64,000 nucleotides of DNA. It comes from an uncultured delta proteobacterium (GTDB taxonomy: Bacteria > Myxococcota_A > Polyangia > Palsa-1104). The notes beneath the pieces were generated by a model. The model did no database searches. It had not been told where the DNA came from and saw only the letters and a list, made by a program, of their open reading frames with translations. The DNA lies in the NCBI GenBank assembly GCA_963785725.1, contig CAWAWS010000026.1, positions 214,401 to 278,400 on the forward strand, read 5' to 3'. Shown here piece by piece: positions 38,801 to 50,213 of the stretch. The position numbers and the translations under genes were made by a program. The first letter of the stretch is position 1, and each line of letters begins with the position of its first letter.

Positions 38801-40603
38801 ATGGCCCGCACGTCGTGCTCGATTTTGTTTTGTGTCACTTATCTCGGGGCCGCGCTCGGCGCCGCCGGTTGTGTCGGAGGCTCCGTCGGTGGCGAAGGCT
38901 CGGGCGATCCCAGCTCGGTGACGTCGGGCGGCGCCATCGTCCGCAACGGCAGCGCCAAATGCCTCGACGCGGCCGCCGCCGGCACCGGCAACGGCACGAA
39001 GATTCAGCAGTACACCTGCAACGGCACCGGCGCGCAGGACTTCCTGCTCACGGCGGTGACCGGCGGCGTCAAGATCGTCAACACCAACAGCGGCCGTTGC
39101 GTCGACATCAGCGCCGCCAGCACCGCCAACGGCGCTGCCATCCAGCTCTACGACTGCAACGGCACCGTCGCGCAAGTCTGGGTGGCCGAGGATCAAGGCA
39201 ACGGCTATGCGCAGCTGCGCAACCCCAACAGCAACAAGTGCCTCGACGTGGCCTCGGCGAGCAGCGCGGATGGCGCGACGGTGCAGCTGTATACGTGCAA
39301 CGGCACGTCGGCGCAGCAGTGGAAGGTGAGCGCGGCGGCCAGCGGCGGCTCGGCCGGCGGCGGCGGCTCGGCCGGTGGCGGCGGCTCGGCCGGCGGCGGC
39401 GGCTCGGGCACGTCGGCGACGCGCGTCGCGACCATCAAAACCCTAGTCGCGCACACGTATGTCGGCGCGACCAACGGCGGCGGCTCGACGATGTACGCCG
39501 ATCGTTATGCGCCACAAGGCTGGGAGACGTTCCAGCTCATCGACCACAACGGCGGCGCGCTCACCGACGGCGACAGCGTCAGCTTGCAGGTCAGCGGCGG
39601 GCAATATGTCTCGGCCAGCGGCGGCGCCACCAACGCCGCGGCGACGACGGCGGGCGCGACCGAGACGTTCACGATCGGCCTCGTCACCAAGGCGGACGGC
39701 ACGACGGCCAAGACGATCGTCGACGGCGATTCGTTCTCGCTGCAGGACTCGACGGGCACGTTCATCTCGGCGACCAACGGCGGCGGCTCGACGCTCGTCT
39801 CCAGCGCCGCCAAGGTCTCGACCTACGAGACGTTCCAGATCGGGCCCGCTACCGGCCTGGCCACGACCGAGTCGCTCGCCGGCTGGACGCTCAGCTGGTC
39901 CGACGAGTTCAACGGCGCCGCCGGCGCCGTCGACGGCACGAAGTGGACCGCCGAGGTCGACGGATCGCCGGCCAACGACGAGCTCGAATACTACACGTCG
40001 CGCCAGACCAACGTCGCCGTCGACGGCAACGGCGCGCTCGAGATCGTCGCCCGCGCCGAAGCCTACGGCGGTCGCAGCTACACGTCGGGCCGAATCAATA
40101 CGGCAGCACACTTTACACAAGCGTACGGCCGCTTCGAGGCGCGCGTGTGGATGCCGACCGGCAAGGGCATCTGGCCCGCGTTCTGGGTGCTCGGCGACAA
40201 CATCGGCTCGGTCAGCTGGCCGCAATGCGGTGAGCTCGACATCATGGAAACGATCGGCACCGACATGGACCACAACCACGGCAGCATGCACGGCCCCGGC
40301 TATTCCGGCGGCCAAGACATCACCGGCGAGTGGACCTATCCCGGCACGACGCTCGCCGACGGCTACCACAACTACGCGCTCGAGTGGTCGCCCAACCTCG
40401 TCAAGTTCTTCGTCGACGGCAACCTGTACGAGACGATCACGCCCGCCAACATTCCCGCGGGCGACACCTGGGTTTATGACCATCCGTTCTTCATCATCTT
40501 GAACGTCGCCGTCGGCGGCGATTGGCCGGGCGCGCCCGACGCCACCACCGTCTTCCCGCAGACGATGAAGGTCGACTACGTCCGCGTCTACACCAAGAGC
40601 TGA
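38801..40603 (+). CDS. Ricin B lectin plus fascin-like beta-trefoil plus GH16 beta-1,3-glucanase lipoprotein
   Basis: Lipobox AAGC; ricin repeats; ATNGGGST...ETF repeats; catalytic ELDIME. Confidence 0.92.
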   Translation: MARTSCSILFCVTYLGAALGAAGCVGGSVGGEGSGDPSSVTSGGAIVRNGSAKCLDAAAAGTGNGTKIQQYTCNGTGAQDFLLTAVTGGVKIVNTNSGRCVDISAASTANGAAIQLYDCNGTVAQVWVAEDQGNGYAQLRNPNSNKCLDVASASSADGATVQLYTCNGTSAQQWKVSAAASGGSAGGGGSAGGGGSAGGGGSGTSATRVATIKTLVAHTYVGATNGGGSTMYADRYAPQGWETFQLIDHNGGALTDGDSVSLQVSGGQYVSASGGATNAAATTAGATETFTIGLVTKADGTTAKTIVDGDSFSLQDSTGTFISATNGGGSTLVSSAAKVSTYETFQIGPATGLATTESLAGWTLSWSDEFNGAAGAVDGTKWTAEVDGSPANDELEYYTSRQTNVAVDGNGALEIVARAEAYGGRSYTSGRINTAAHFTQAYGRFEARVWMPTGKGIWPAFWVLGDNIGSVSWPQCGELDIMETIGTDMDHNHGSMHGPGYSGGQDITGEWTYPGTTLADGYHNYALEWSPNLVKFFVDGNLYETITPANIPAGDTWVYDHPFFIILNVAVGGDWPGAPDATTVFPQTMKVDYVRVYTKS

Positions 40604-40649
40604 TTCCCGCGCGATTCCACTCGACCGCGCATCGGATTAAGATCCTCCG

Positions 40650-42512
40650 ATGCGCGGCTTCGTCACCCTCCTCTGCCTCGTCATCGGGCTGACCGCTTCG
40701 TCGTCGCCGTCTTTCGCGGCGCAGGCAAAGCCGCCGCAAACCATCGACGAGCTGCGCGCGCGCATCGCCACCGTGCTCGCGCGCAACGGCGTCGCCGGCG
40801 CGGGCTTGGCGTTGGTGAGGCACGATCGCCTCGTGTGGTCGGGCGGCGTCGGCTTCGCCGATCGCGCAAGTAAACAGCCGGTTACTTCCGAGACGCTGTT
40901 CCGCGTGGGATCGATCACCAAGAGCTTCGTGGCGCTGGCGCTCTTGAAGCTGGCCGAGCAGGGGCGCATCGACCTGAAGGCGCGCGTGGCCGATTTGGCG
41001 CCGGAGCTGGCGATCGCCAATCGTTGGCAGCGCGAGTCGCCGATCACGGTGGCGCACCTGCTCGAGCACACGGCCGGCTTCGACGACATGCACTTCAACG
41101 AGACCTACGCGCCCTTGACCGTCGAGAATATGCCGCTGGCCGAGATCTTGGCGCGCAATCCGCGATCGCGGGTGGCGCGTTGGCGGCCGGGGTCGCGCTT
41201 TTCGTACGCCAATCCGGGCTATACCGTGGCCGCCTATCTGATCGAGAAGGCCAGCGGCCGCCCGTGGACCGATTACGTGCGCGATGAGCTGCTCCTGCCG
41301 CTCGGCATGCGCTCGGCCGCGCTGCGCTGGTCGCCCGAGGTCGACGCGCGCCTGGCGCGCGGCTACGGCGAGGGCCCGGACGCGCTGCCCTATCGCGCCA
41401 TCTATCACTTCCCGGCGGGCAACTTGATGGCGTCGCCGCGCGAGCTGGCGGCGTTGGTGCAGCTCGAGCTGGCGCGCGGTCGCGCCGGCGGTCGGCAGCT
41501 GGTGACTGCGGCGAGCATGGGGCGCATGGAGCGCAGCGAGACCAACGCCGTCCGCGGCCTCGACAGCGACTACGGCCTCGGCAACTACGGCGAGACGTGG
41601 CAAAAGGTGCGGCTGCGCGGCCATTCGGGCGGCATCGACGGCTTCATCTCCGGCGCGTATTACGCGCCCGCCGAGGACTTCGGCTTCGTCGTGCTCCTGA
41701 ACTCGACGGGCCGGCACGTGTTCGAGGCGATGATGGAGACGCGCGCGCTCATCATCGACTACCTGCTCGCGGGACGAACGCCGGCCCCGCCGCCGCCGGC
41801 CGTGCGCGTCGACGAGCGCACGCTGGCGCCGTGGGTCGGCGACTATCGGCTGGCCAATCCGCGCCATCAGCTGTTCGCGTTCCTGGAGCGGCTGCTGCCG
41901 GGGGTGCGGCTGCAGCTGGTCGGCGGTCGTTTGCAGCTGGTCGAGCGCGGCGGCAAACGGCGTACGATGGAGCTCTTGCCGCTCGGCGACGGCCGCTTCC
42001 GCATGCCGACGTTCTCGGGCAGCCACATCGCGTTCACGCACGACGAGGCCGGCCGCCCGGTGCTCGTCGACGGCGGGTTCTATCTCGTCGCCGAGCCGAG
42101 CTGGATTGGGCCGGCGTTGGCGTATGGGTCGCGCGCGGTCTTGTGGCTGCTCGTGAGCGTGCTGGCGTTGCCGCTGGCGGCGCTGTTGTTCGCGCGCCGC
42201 TCGGCCGCGATCGGCGCCGGCGCGCCGCTCATGACTCTCGTCAGCTTCGTCGCGACGCCGTGGCTGTTCCTCGCCGCCGCGCAGCAGAATGCGCTCGGCG
42301 AGCGCAACGCGCTGACCATCGGCGTCTGCGTGGGCACGATCGGCTTCGCGCTGTCGTCGCTGGTGACGCTGTGGCAGGCGCTGCGCGGGCTCGGCCAGCC
42401 GTTGCCGATCGTGCTCAAGCTGCATCGTGTGCTCATCGGCCTGGCGGCGACGGCGACGACGATCTTCTTCGCCTATTATGGCGTCATCGGCGTGCGCACG
42501 TGGAGCTACTGA
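40650..42512 (+). CDS. Serine hydrolase (beta-lactamase/AmpC-like) with C-terminal TM helices
   Basis: SITK, LLEHTAG, YAN, HSG motifs; four hydrophobic C-terminal segments. Confidence 0.92.
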   Translation: MRGFVTLLCLVIGLTASSSPSFAAQAKPPQTIDELRARIATVLARNGVAGAGLALVRHDRLVWSGGVGFADRASKQPVTSETLFRVGSITKSFVALALLKLAEQGRIDLKARVADLAPELAIANRWQRESPITVAHLLEHTAGFDDMHFNETYAPLTVENMPLAEILARNPRSRVARWRPGSRFSYANPGYTVAAYLIEKASGRPWTDYVRDELLLPLGMRSAALRWSPEVDARLARGYGEGPDALPYRAIYHFPAGNLMASPRELAALVQLELARGRAGGRQLVTAASMGRMERSETNAVRGLDSDYGLGNYGETWQKVRLRGHSGGIDGFISGAYYAPAEDFGFVVLLNSTGRHVFEAMMETRALIIDYLLAGRTPAPPPPAVRVDERTLAPWVGDYRLANPRHQLFAFLERLLPGVRLQLVGGRLQLVERGGKRRTMELLPLGDGRFRMPTFSGSHIAFTHDEAGRPVLVDGGFYLVAEPSWIGPALAYGSRAVLWLLVSVLALPLAALLFARRSAAIGAGAPLMTLVSFVATPWLFLAAAQQNALGERNALTIGVCVGTIGFALSSLVTLWQALRGLGQPLPIVLKLHRVLIGLAATATTIFFAYYGVIGVRTWSY

Positions 42513-42534
42513 GCCGCAGCGACGCGCGCCGGCG

Positions 42535-43464
42535 TCAGGCCGGCGGTCGGCCGAGGCGCGGCAGCAGCGCCGGGACGCGGCGGATGTGCTCGGCGTAGCC
42601 GGGCCGGCGTGCCAGCGAGCGGCGATCGATGAGCGGAATGCTGATGGTGACGAACATGGTGGTGATCCACACGGGGCCGACGAGCGTCCACCACCAGGCG
42701 TGCAGGTCGCCGGCGAGGCCGAAGAGGAATAGGCCCCACCAGAACGAGACCTCGCCGAGATAGTTGGGGTGACGACAGCGCGCCCACAACCCGACGTGCA
42801 TGATCTGGCCGGGCTCGTGGCCTGGCCGCTGGCGGAAGGCGCGCAGCTGCGCGTCGGCGGTCGCTTCGAGGACGATGGCGCCGGCGGTGACGGCCGCGGC
42901 GACGGCGTCGAGCCAGCCGAGCGGCGCCGGCGACAGCAGCGCCGGCCACAGCGCCAGCATGCCGAGGAAGACGGTGACCGTCGGCATGAGGTGCAAGCCG
43001 AGGAAGCTGACGAGCCAGTAGGCGCGGCCGGTCTTCCGGCGATAGTCGAGGTAGCGCCAGTCTTCGTGGGCGAAGCCGGTCCAGCCGCGCGCCCAATTCC
43101 ACGTCAAGCGCACGCCCCACGCGGCGACGAGCGCGACGACGAGCGCGCGGCGCGGCGTCCAGCCGCCGGCCGCGACGTCGCCGGCGAGCCAGGCGGCGAT
43201 GGGAATGGGCGCGACGCTCCAGTAGGCGTCGTAGAAGCTCGAGTTGTTGGTGAGCACGCTGAAACCGAAGATGACGACGGTGGCGACGAGATCGGCGACG
43301 GCGGCGCGCTGCCACGACGGCGCGTTCGGCCACGCCCACAGGACGCCGGCGGCGGCGGCGAGCGCGACGACGTAGCCGATGGCGATGAGCGCGAGCCCGG
43401 CGGCGCGTGACGACGGGATGAAGCTGCGGCCGGGCGCGTCGTTGCCGGCGGGCGTCTCGCTCAT
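42535..43464 (-). CDS. DUF1295 family (steroid 5-alpha-reductase-like) membrane protein
   Basis: NSSFYDAYWS, EDWRY, ADAQL, RHPNYLGE. Confidence 0.92.
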   Translation of the reverse strand: MSETPAGNDAPGRSFIPSSRAAGLALIAIGYVVALAAAAGVLWAWPNAPSWQRAAVADLVATVVIFGFSVLTNNSSFYDAYWSVAPIPIAAWLAGDVAAGGWTPRRALVVALVAAWGVRLTWNWARGWTGFAHEDWRYLDYRRKTGRAYWLVSFLGLHLMPTVTVFLGMLALWPALLSPAPLGWLDAVAAAVTAGAIVLEATADAQLRAFRQRPGHEPGQIMHVGLWARCRHPNYLGEVSFWWGLFLFGLAGDLHAWWWTLVGPVWITTMFVTISIPLIDRRSLARRPGYAEHIRRVPALLPRLGRPPA

Positions 43465-43541
43465 GGCGGCAGCATAGCCGACGGCGTTTGGCGCGCGGCT
43501 ACTTCTTGTGCGCCCACGCGCGTCCTACGCGCGCTCTTGCG

Positions 43542-44942
43542 CTATTCGTAGCGCAGGCCGTCGACGGGCTTGAGCCGCGCCGCTTGCAGCGCCGGCACCA
43601 GCGTCGCCAAGAAGCAGATGACGAGCGTGATCGCGACCGTGAGCGCCACTTCGTCCGGGTTCACCTTCACCGGCAGCGAGTCGATCAGATAGACGTGCGG
43701 ATCGAGCTGATAATGATAGCGCCGCAGCACCAGCACCGTCGCTGCGCCGACGGCGAGGCCGAACAGGATGCCGAGCCCGCCCATGACGAAGCCGGCCGCC
43801 TGAAACACGCGCGCCACGCCCGCCGAGCGCATGCCCATCGACTTCAAGATCGCGATCTCCTTGGTCTTGCCGGTCACGAGCAGCGTCATGGCCGCGATGA
43901 TGTTGAAGGCGGCGACGAGCACGATGAGCGTCAAGATCACGGTGATGACGACCTTTTGCATCTTCAGCACCGTGAACATGTTGTGGTTGAGCGTCTCCCA
44001 GTCGACGACGTGATAGGGCGGGCCGCCGAGCTGGTCGTAGAGCGACTTGGCCAGCGGCGCCGCTTTGTCGACGTCGTCGAGCTTGAGCTCCACGCCGGTG
44101 ACGTGATCGCCGCTGCCGCTGTACTCCTGCGCGTCGGGGACGCTGATGTAGACGAGCTTGGAGTCGTACTCTTGAAAGCCGGTGTAGAAGATGCCGCCCA
44201 AGCGGAACTCGCGCGACGCCAGGCTGGACGCGCCCGGATCGAGGTCGGTCTTGGGCGACACGAGGCGCAGGCGATCGCCGACCTTGACGTGCAGCTTCTT
44301 GGCCAGCTCTTTGCCGACGAGCAGACCCGGCAGCGGCTGGCCGCCGTCGTTGGCCGGCGCGCGCGTCGCCAATGACTCGACGCGGCCGGCCGTGATCGTC
44401 GAGGCCACGTCGAGCACGTTGAGCGACAGCACCGGATCGATGCCCTGCACGGTGACGCCGAACGACTTGTCGGTCGCGGCCAGCGCGTCGAAGTAGATGA
44501 ACGGCGCCGCGGCGATCACGTGCGGCTGCCGCAGCGACTTCTGCATGACCTGGTGGTACTCGGTCGAGTCCATGCCGTAGCGCATGACGATGATGTGCGC
44601 GTTGGCACCCAGCACCTTTTGCTTGAACGCCTGCTGAAAACCCGAGGTCACCGCGAGCACGACCATGAGCGCCTGCACGCCGATGGTCACGCCCACGATC
44701 GACACCGTCGTAAAGCCCGAGAAAAAGTTGAGCAAGAGCGCGTAGAGGAAGCCGAGCAGCGTCGGGACGGCGAGCGCGGTGCCGAGCGTCTGCAATTGCG
44801 CGTGCGCGAAGAGCGCCAGCGCGTGCGCGATCAGCGTGGCGAGCAGGAGCCAGGCGGTCATCGTGCGCACGGCCGTCGAGTGACGGCGACGATAGAGATA
44901 ACGCCAGGCGATGAACGGCTCGTAACGATCACGCAGCGACAC
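43542..44942 (-). CDS. LolC/E-type (MacB/FtsX) ABC transporter permease
   Basis: SIVGVTIGV, VAAFNII, KTKEIAILKSMG, PVDGLRYE. Confidence 0.9.
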   Translation of the reverse strand: MSLRDRYEPFIAWRYLYRRRHSTAVRTMTAWLLLATLIAHALALFAHAQLQTLGTALAVPTLLGFLYALLLNFFSGFTTVSIVGVTIGVQALMVVLAVTSGFQQAFKQKVLGANAHIIVMRYGMDSTEYHQVMQKSLRQPHVIAAAPFIYFDALAATDKSFGVTVQGIDPVLSLNVLDVASTITAGRVESLATRAPANDGGQPLPGLLVGKELAKKLHVKVGDRLRLVSPKTDLDPGASSLASREFRLGGIFYTGFQEYDSKLVYISVPDAQEYSGSGDHVTGVELKLDDVDKAAPLAKSLYDQLGGPPYHVVDWETLNHNMFTVLKMQKVVITVILTLIVLVAAFNIIAAMTLLVTGKTKEIAILKSMGMRSAGVARVFQAAGFVMGGLGILFGLAVGAATVLVLRRYHYQLDPHVYLIDSLPVKVNPDEVALTVAITLVICFLATLVPALQAARLKPVDGLRYE

Positions 44943-44999
44943 AGCCGATGTCTAGCACAGCTGCCGTCGCCGGCTCGTGCGTTGCGCGACCAGCGGCGA

Positions 45000-47208
45000 T
45001 TACAGCGGCAGCCCGAGGTTACGCGCGAAGAAGGCGAGCACGTCGGTCTGCTGCTCGATCTCCTGCGCGATCGTCGAGCCGCCGCCGTGGCCGGACTCTG
45101 TCTCGACGCGCAGCAGGATCCGGCCCGGCCCGCGCTGCGCCGCCTGCAGCGCCGCGGCGAACTTGTACGAATGCAGCGGCGCCACGCGCACGTCGTGATC
45201 GGAGGTGATGACGAAGATGGCGGGATAGCGCGTGGCGCGGACATTGTGCAGCGGCGACAGCTTGAACAGCGCGGCGAACTCGGTGGCATCGTCGGGCGAG
45301 CCGAGGTCGGTCTGCCAGCCGGCGCCTTGGCCGAACAGCTGGAAGCGCAAGAGGTCGAGCACGCCGGCGATGGGCACGGTGGCGCCGAAGAGGTCGGGCC
45401 GCTCGACGGTGACGGCGCCGACGAGCATGCCGCCGCCCGACGTTCCGACGGCGCCGAGGTGCGCGGGCGACGTGTACTTGTTGGCGATGAGCCACTCGCC
45501 GGCGCCGATGAAGTCGTCGAAGCCGGTCTGGCGGTGGGTGGTCATGGACGCGCGATGCCAGGCCTCGCCGTATTCGCCGCCGCCGCGGATGTTGACGAGC
45601 ACCGACACGCCGCCGCGCTCGAGCCACGGGATCATGGTCGGAATCGAAGTACGGCAAGCTGGGCACGCCGCCGAAGCCGTACGCGGTGATGACGGTCGGA
45701 TGGCTGCCGTCGAGCACGAGCCCCTTCTTGGCGGTGACGAACATGGGGACTTGGGTGCCGTCTTTGCTGGCGAAGAAGATCTGCTTGGTCTCGAAGGCGC
45801 CGGCGTCGAAGGCGACGGTCGGCGTCTTCCACGGCCGGCTGGTGCCGTCGGCGAGGTCGTAGCGGTAGATGCTGCCGGGAACGGTGAAGCTGGTGAAGTA
45901 ATAGAACGCCTCGCAATCGCCGGGGCTGCCGTGGAAGCCGTAGGCGCTGCCGAGGCCGGGCAGCGTGACGTCGCGCAGCTTCTTGCCGCGCAAGTCGTAG
46001 GCGGTGACGGCGCTGTGCGCGTCCTGCATCGTCGTGACGAAGAGCTGCTTGCCGGTGACGTGCGCGTCATCGATGGCGTTCTTGCCCTCGGGGATGATCG
46101 TCTTCCAGCGTTCGCGCGCCGGTGTGCGCAGGTCGATGCCGATGATGCGTTTGTTGGCGGCGCCGTCGGTGGTCTTGAAGAAGAAGAGCGGTCCGTCGTG
46201 GCCGGCGAAGAGGTATTCGGCGCGGTATTCGTCGATGAGCATGACCGGCTTGGCGCCCGGCTTTTGCAGGTCGAGATAGGCGATCTGCTCTTGCCCGCGA
46301 TCGCCCACTTGCCCGTCGCCGATGGTGATGACGAGGTAGCGGCCGTCGCGCGTCACCTCGAGGTCGTATTGCCAGGTCGGATGATCGGCGCGCGCGAAGA
46401 CCACGACGTCGTCGGCGACGGGCGTGCCGAGCTTGTGAAAGTAGACCTTGCAGTCGTGATCGGTCTCGACCAGCTCTTTGCCCGGCGGCGGCGCGGGAAA
46501 GCGGCTGTAATAGAGGCCCTTGCCGTCGTGGGTGAAGGCGGGCGCGTAATATTTGATGTTGGCGAGCTCGTCGGGCAGCTCCTTGCCGCTCACGACATCG
46601 CGGATGTGCCACTTCTGCCAGTCGCCGCCGCCGATCGACAGGCCGTAGGCGAAGCGCGCGCCGTCTTCGCTGATGGCGAGGCCGGCGAAGGCGAGGCTGC
46701 CGTCGGTGGAGATGAGGTTGGGGTCGAACAGCGTCGTGGCGGCGCCGTCGACGGAGCTGGCGGTGGAGATGACGGGCTGGTTGCGCTTGCCGTCGCGGTA
46801 GCTCCAGAAGTAGCGGCTGCCGCGATGGATGGGCGTGCCGAAGGCTTCGTAGCGCACGACCTGGCCGATGCGCGTGCGCAGGCTGTCGCGCCCGGGGATT
46901 TGCGCGAGGTAGGCGTCGGTCTGGTGGTTTTCGGCGGTGAGCCAGCTGCGCGTCTCGGGCGAGTCCATCTCCTCGAGCCAGCGGTACGGGTCGGCGACCG
47001 CGGCGCCGTGATGGGTCTCGATGAGGTCGCCGCGACGCGCGGGCGGATAGGCGAAGGCGGCGGCAGGCGCGCTCGAGGAGGCGGCGGTCGCGGTCGCGGG
47101 CGCCGCGGCGCTGGCTGCGGCGACGGTGGCGGGCGTGGAGGTCGGCTTCGCGGTGGGCGTGGAACAGCCGAGAATAAGGGCGGCGGCCAAGGGGGCGAAT
47201 GGGCGCAT
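45000..47208 (-). CDS. Prolyl oligopeptidase (S9A) lipoprotein; frameshift near 45642
   Basis: DPYRWLE, SKDGTQVPM, RGGGEYG, GTSGGG, DHDVRV, GHG. Confidence 0.92.
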
Positions 47209-47377
47209 GAGCGGCAGTATAGGAGAAAACGCAAATGCCGCCGGCAGCGTCGTCACGATCGGCCCGACCGCGGGCGCGACGCGTGCGGTACTCGGCGCGT
47301 GTCGGCGCGTGACCCCGTTCGTGGCGCTCGGCGCGTGGTCGGCGCGTGCGCGGGCGGTCGTTCGGGCTCGCCGTCGG

Positions 47378-49003
47378 CTACGTTTGCGGTGCGCGGCGGG
47401 TGCTCGTCGCCGATGACACCTGCGCCAGTGCGTCGACCAGCGTCTGTGCCGGGTTCGCGGGTCGCTCGACCGCGCGCCAGGCGATGTAGCCGTCGGGCCG
47501 CACGAGCGACGCGCCGCCCGCGCCGAGCCCGAACGCGGCGCGGAATGCCGCCTCGTCGTCGATCCGCACGTCGGCGCCGATGCGCACGCACGCCACCGCC
47601 ACGCCGAGCTGCGCGCTTGCGGCCGTCGCCGCCGCGCGCCACGCCTCGTCGTCGGCCACCAACACCCACGCGCGCTGATACAGATCGAGCGACGACCGCC
47701 GCGCGCCGCCGTCGTCGACCGCCGACAGCCACACATGCGGCGCGCGCGTGCCCGGCTGACCCGCCCACTCTTCCGGCCGCGCCGCCGCCGGCAACGAAGC
47801 GGCCGCACCCAGCACCGCCGTCGAGCGATAGAGCTGCCCGAGCTCCATCGCCACGTCGTCGAGCACGGCGACGGCCGGCGCCGCTCCGCCCGCGTGCTGG
47901 CGATAGTCGGGGCGCGCGAAGATTTGGTCGTGGCGCAGCCACGCGATCGGCCGGCGCTCGGCGTCGTACGTCTCGATGAGCTGCGGCGTCGACCGGCCGG
48001 CGAGCACGGCGGCCAGCTTCCACGCCAGGTTGTGCGCGTCTTCGATGCCGGTGTTGGCGCCGTAGCCGCCGCGGCTCGGCGGCAGCGTGTGCGCCGCGTC
48101 GCCGGCGAGCAGCACGCGTCCCGACTGGAACCGATCGGCGATGAAGGCGCTGATCTCCCAGCGACCGGTGACGATGATCTCGATCGGCAGGTCGGAGCGG
48201 CCGATCGCTTTGATGATGGCCGTACGCAAAGCGGCTTCGTCGCGCTCGTCGTCGTCGGGCAAGATGAGGAGCCAGCGACCGTCGTGATAGGTCGTCAGAA
48301 AGGCGCCGAAGCCCGGCTGCTCGATCGAGAACTGCGTCACGCCCGAGCGCAGATATTCGTCGAGCGGCGCGCGGAACATGACGCTGCGCACGGTGCGGAT
48401 GTGGCCGCGCCCTGCCCGTCCGATGCCGAGCGCGGCGCGAATCGGGCTTCTGTGGCCGTCGGCGGCGACGACGTAGGCCGCGCGCAGCGTGTATTCGCGC
48501 CCGTCGGGGCCGCGTAAGCAGGCGGTCACGCCGTCGCCGTCCGCTTCGAAGCGCGTCAGCTCCGTCGACAGCCGCACGTCGGCGCCGAGCGCGATGGCCC
48601 GCGCGCGCAAGATCGGCTCCAGCCGATCCTGCGCCGTCGCCGCGCCGGTGCACGGTGAATAGGCGCTCGCCGCCGGCTTGGACGGATGCTCCGGCGTCCA
48701 CGGCTCTTCGTCGTGCCACTGTCCGGCCAAGCTCACGACGCGCACGCGCCGCAGCCGATAGTCCGCCGGCACCTCGGGAATCTGCGCGCCGATGCCGACC
48801 GCGCGGAACAGCTCCATCGTGCGCGGCGTGTAGCCGATGGCGCGCGGATGCGGCGAGCTGCCGGCATGACGCTCGACCAGCACCGTCGGCACGCCGCGCC
48901 AAGCCAAGAACATCGCGGCCGACAGCCCCACCAGTCCGCCGCCGACCACCAGCACCGGCGCCGTCGTGTCATACGCTGTATTGTCATCGATACGCTGTAT
49001 CAT
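47378..49003 (-). CDS. FAD-dependent monooxygenase (PheA/TfdB/RdmE-like)
   Basis: GGGLVG, AADG, LAGDAAH, NLAWKL, RAPH, LVRPDG; exact start uncertain. Confidence 0.93.
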   Translation of the reverse strand: MIQRIDDNTAYDTTAPVLVVGGGLVGLSAAMFLAWRGVPTVLVERHAGSSPHPRAIGYTPRTMELFRAVGIGAQIPEVPADYRLRRVRVVSLAGQWHDEEPWTPEHPSKPAASAYSPCTGAATAQDRLEPILRARAIALGADVRLSTELTRFEADGDGVTACLRGPDGREYTLRAAYVVAADGHRSPIRAALGIGRAGRGHIRTVRSVMFRAPLDEYLRSGVTQFSIEQPGFGAFLTTYHDGRWLLILPDDDERDEAALRTAIIKAIGRSDLPIEIIVTGRWEISAFIADRFQSGRVLLAGDAAHTLPPSRGGYGANTGIEDAHNLAWKLAAVLAGRSTPQLIETYDAERRPIAWLRHDQIFARPDYRQHAGGAAPAVAVLDDVAMELGQLYRSTAVLGAAASLPAAARPEEWAGQPGTRAPHVWLSAVDDGGARRSSLDLYQRAWVLVADDEAWRAAATAASAQLGVAVACVRIGADVRIDDEAAFRAAFGLGAGGASLVRPDGYIAWRAVERPANPAQTLVDALAQVSSATSTRRAPQT

Positions 49004-49018
49004 CGAAATACACTGTAT
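48971..49018. promoter_or_regulatory. Three TetR operator boxes ATACRCTGTAT
   Basis: Copies at 48971-48981, 48990-49000 and 49008-49018 between the divergent monooxygenase and tetR. Confidence 0.75.
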
Positions 49019-49070
49019 TGGTCGAGACGGTGATTGTCAACCCGCCGCCGTTCGGCACAGAGTCGAGCCC

Positions 49071-50004
49071 ATGAGCGCATTGAAGAAGCCGCGCGCGGCC
49101 AAGGCCGCGCCGGCCGCGGTCGCGGCAGCCAAGGCCGCGGCGGCGACGAAATCCGCGACCGCCGCGACGCGGGCCGCGGGCAAGAGAAAATCTGCGACTG
49201 CCGCGACGAAGTCTGCGAGTGCCGCGACGAAGTCTGCCGCGGCGGATGCGGACGACGTCACGCCGACCGCGCGGCGGCGCGGGCGACCCGGCGACGGAGG
49301 CGGGCCTCGTCTGGGAGCGGCCGGAGCCGCTGAGCCGACCGGCGCCGGGACCGCTCAGCCGCGACCTCATCGTGCGCGCCGCCATCGCCATCGCCGACGA
49401 GGAGGGCCTGGCCTCGGTGTCGCTGCGAAAGGTCGGCAGCGCGCTCGACGCCGGGCCGATGCGGCTGTACGGCTATTTGTCGACGAAGGAGGAGCTGCTC
49501 GAGCTCATGGTCGACGCCGTCTACGGCGAGATGGCGGCGGCGGGCCCGATTCGCGGCGACTGGCGCAAGACGCTCAAGACGGTGGCGCAGCGCACCCGTC
49601 GGGCGGCGGCGCAACATCGTTGGCTCGTCGATCTATTGGGCGGCCGTCCGCACCTCGGCCCGCACGCCATGGCGCACATGGAGGCGTCGCTGGCGGCGCT
49701 CGGCCACAACCCCGGCTTCGAGGACATCGACGACGTCCTGCAGGCGCTCGGCACCGTGCAGGCGTACGTCATCGGCGCCATTCGCGGCGAGGCGAGCGAG
49801 CTGCGCGCCGCGTTCGAGAGCGGTCTCGACGAGACGGCGTGGCACCACGCGACGAGCCCCTACATCGAGCGGCTGATCGCGACCGGCCGCTTTCCGACGA
49901 TCGCCAGAGTCGTTCGTGACGCGAAGCATCCGCCCTTCGACACCTTCTTCGACCGCGGCCTCGACTGCGTGCTCGACGGCATCGCCACCCGCATCTCTCG
50001 CTGA
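49071..50004 (+). CDS. TetR regulator (TetR_C type) with Lys/Ala-rich N-terminal extension; frameshift near 49288
   Basis: LSRDLIVRAAIAIADEEGL..VSLRKVG...LYGYLSTKEEL; FDRGLDCVLDG. Confidence 0.88.
49149..49240 (+). repeat. Imperfect 21-bp coding repeat (KSA[T/S]AAT)
   Basis: AARTCYGCGASYGCCGCGACG at about 49149, 49188 and 49209, partial at 49230. Confidence 0.7.
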
Positions 50005-50213
50005 TCGCCGCCGATCGGGCGACGGCAGACGGCACACCGGTCGCGCGCCGGCGGGGCTCGGCACCCGCGTCGCCTATGATGACGCTCGACCGCATTGCCT
50101 CGGACGCCACGCCGGACGTTCGAATCTGGACGTGATCTGACACACGCCCCGCGCAGGTTCTCGGCGTTTACGCGTCTGCCGGGCACGGTCCGCGCGTTGC
50201 ATCTGCAGGCGGC

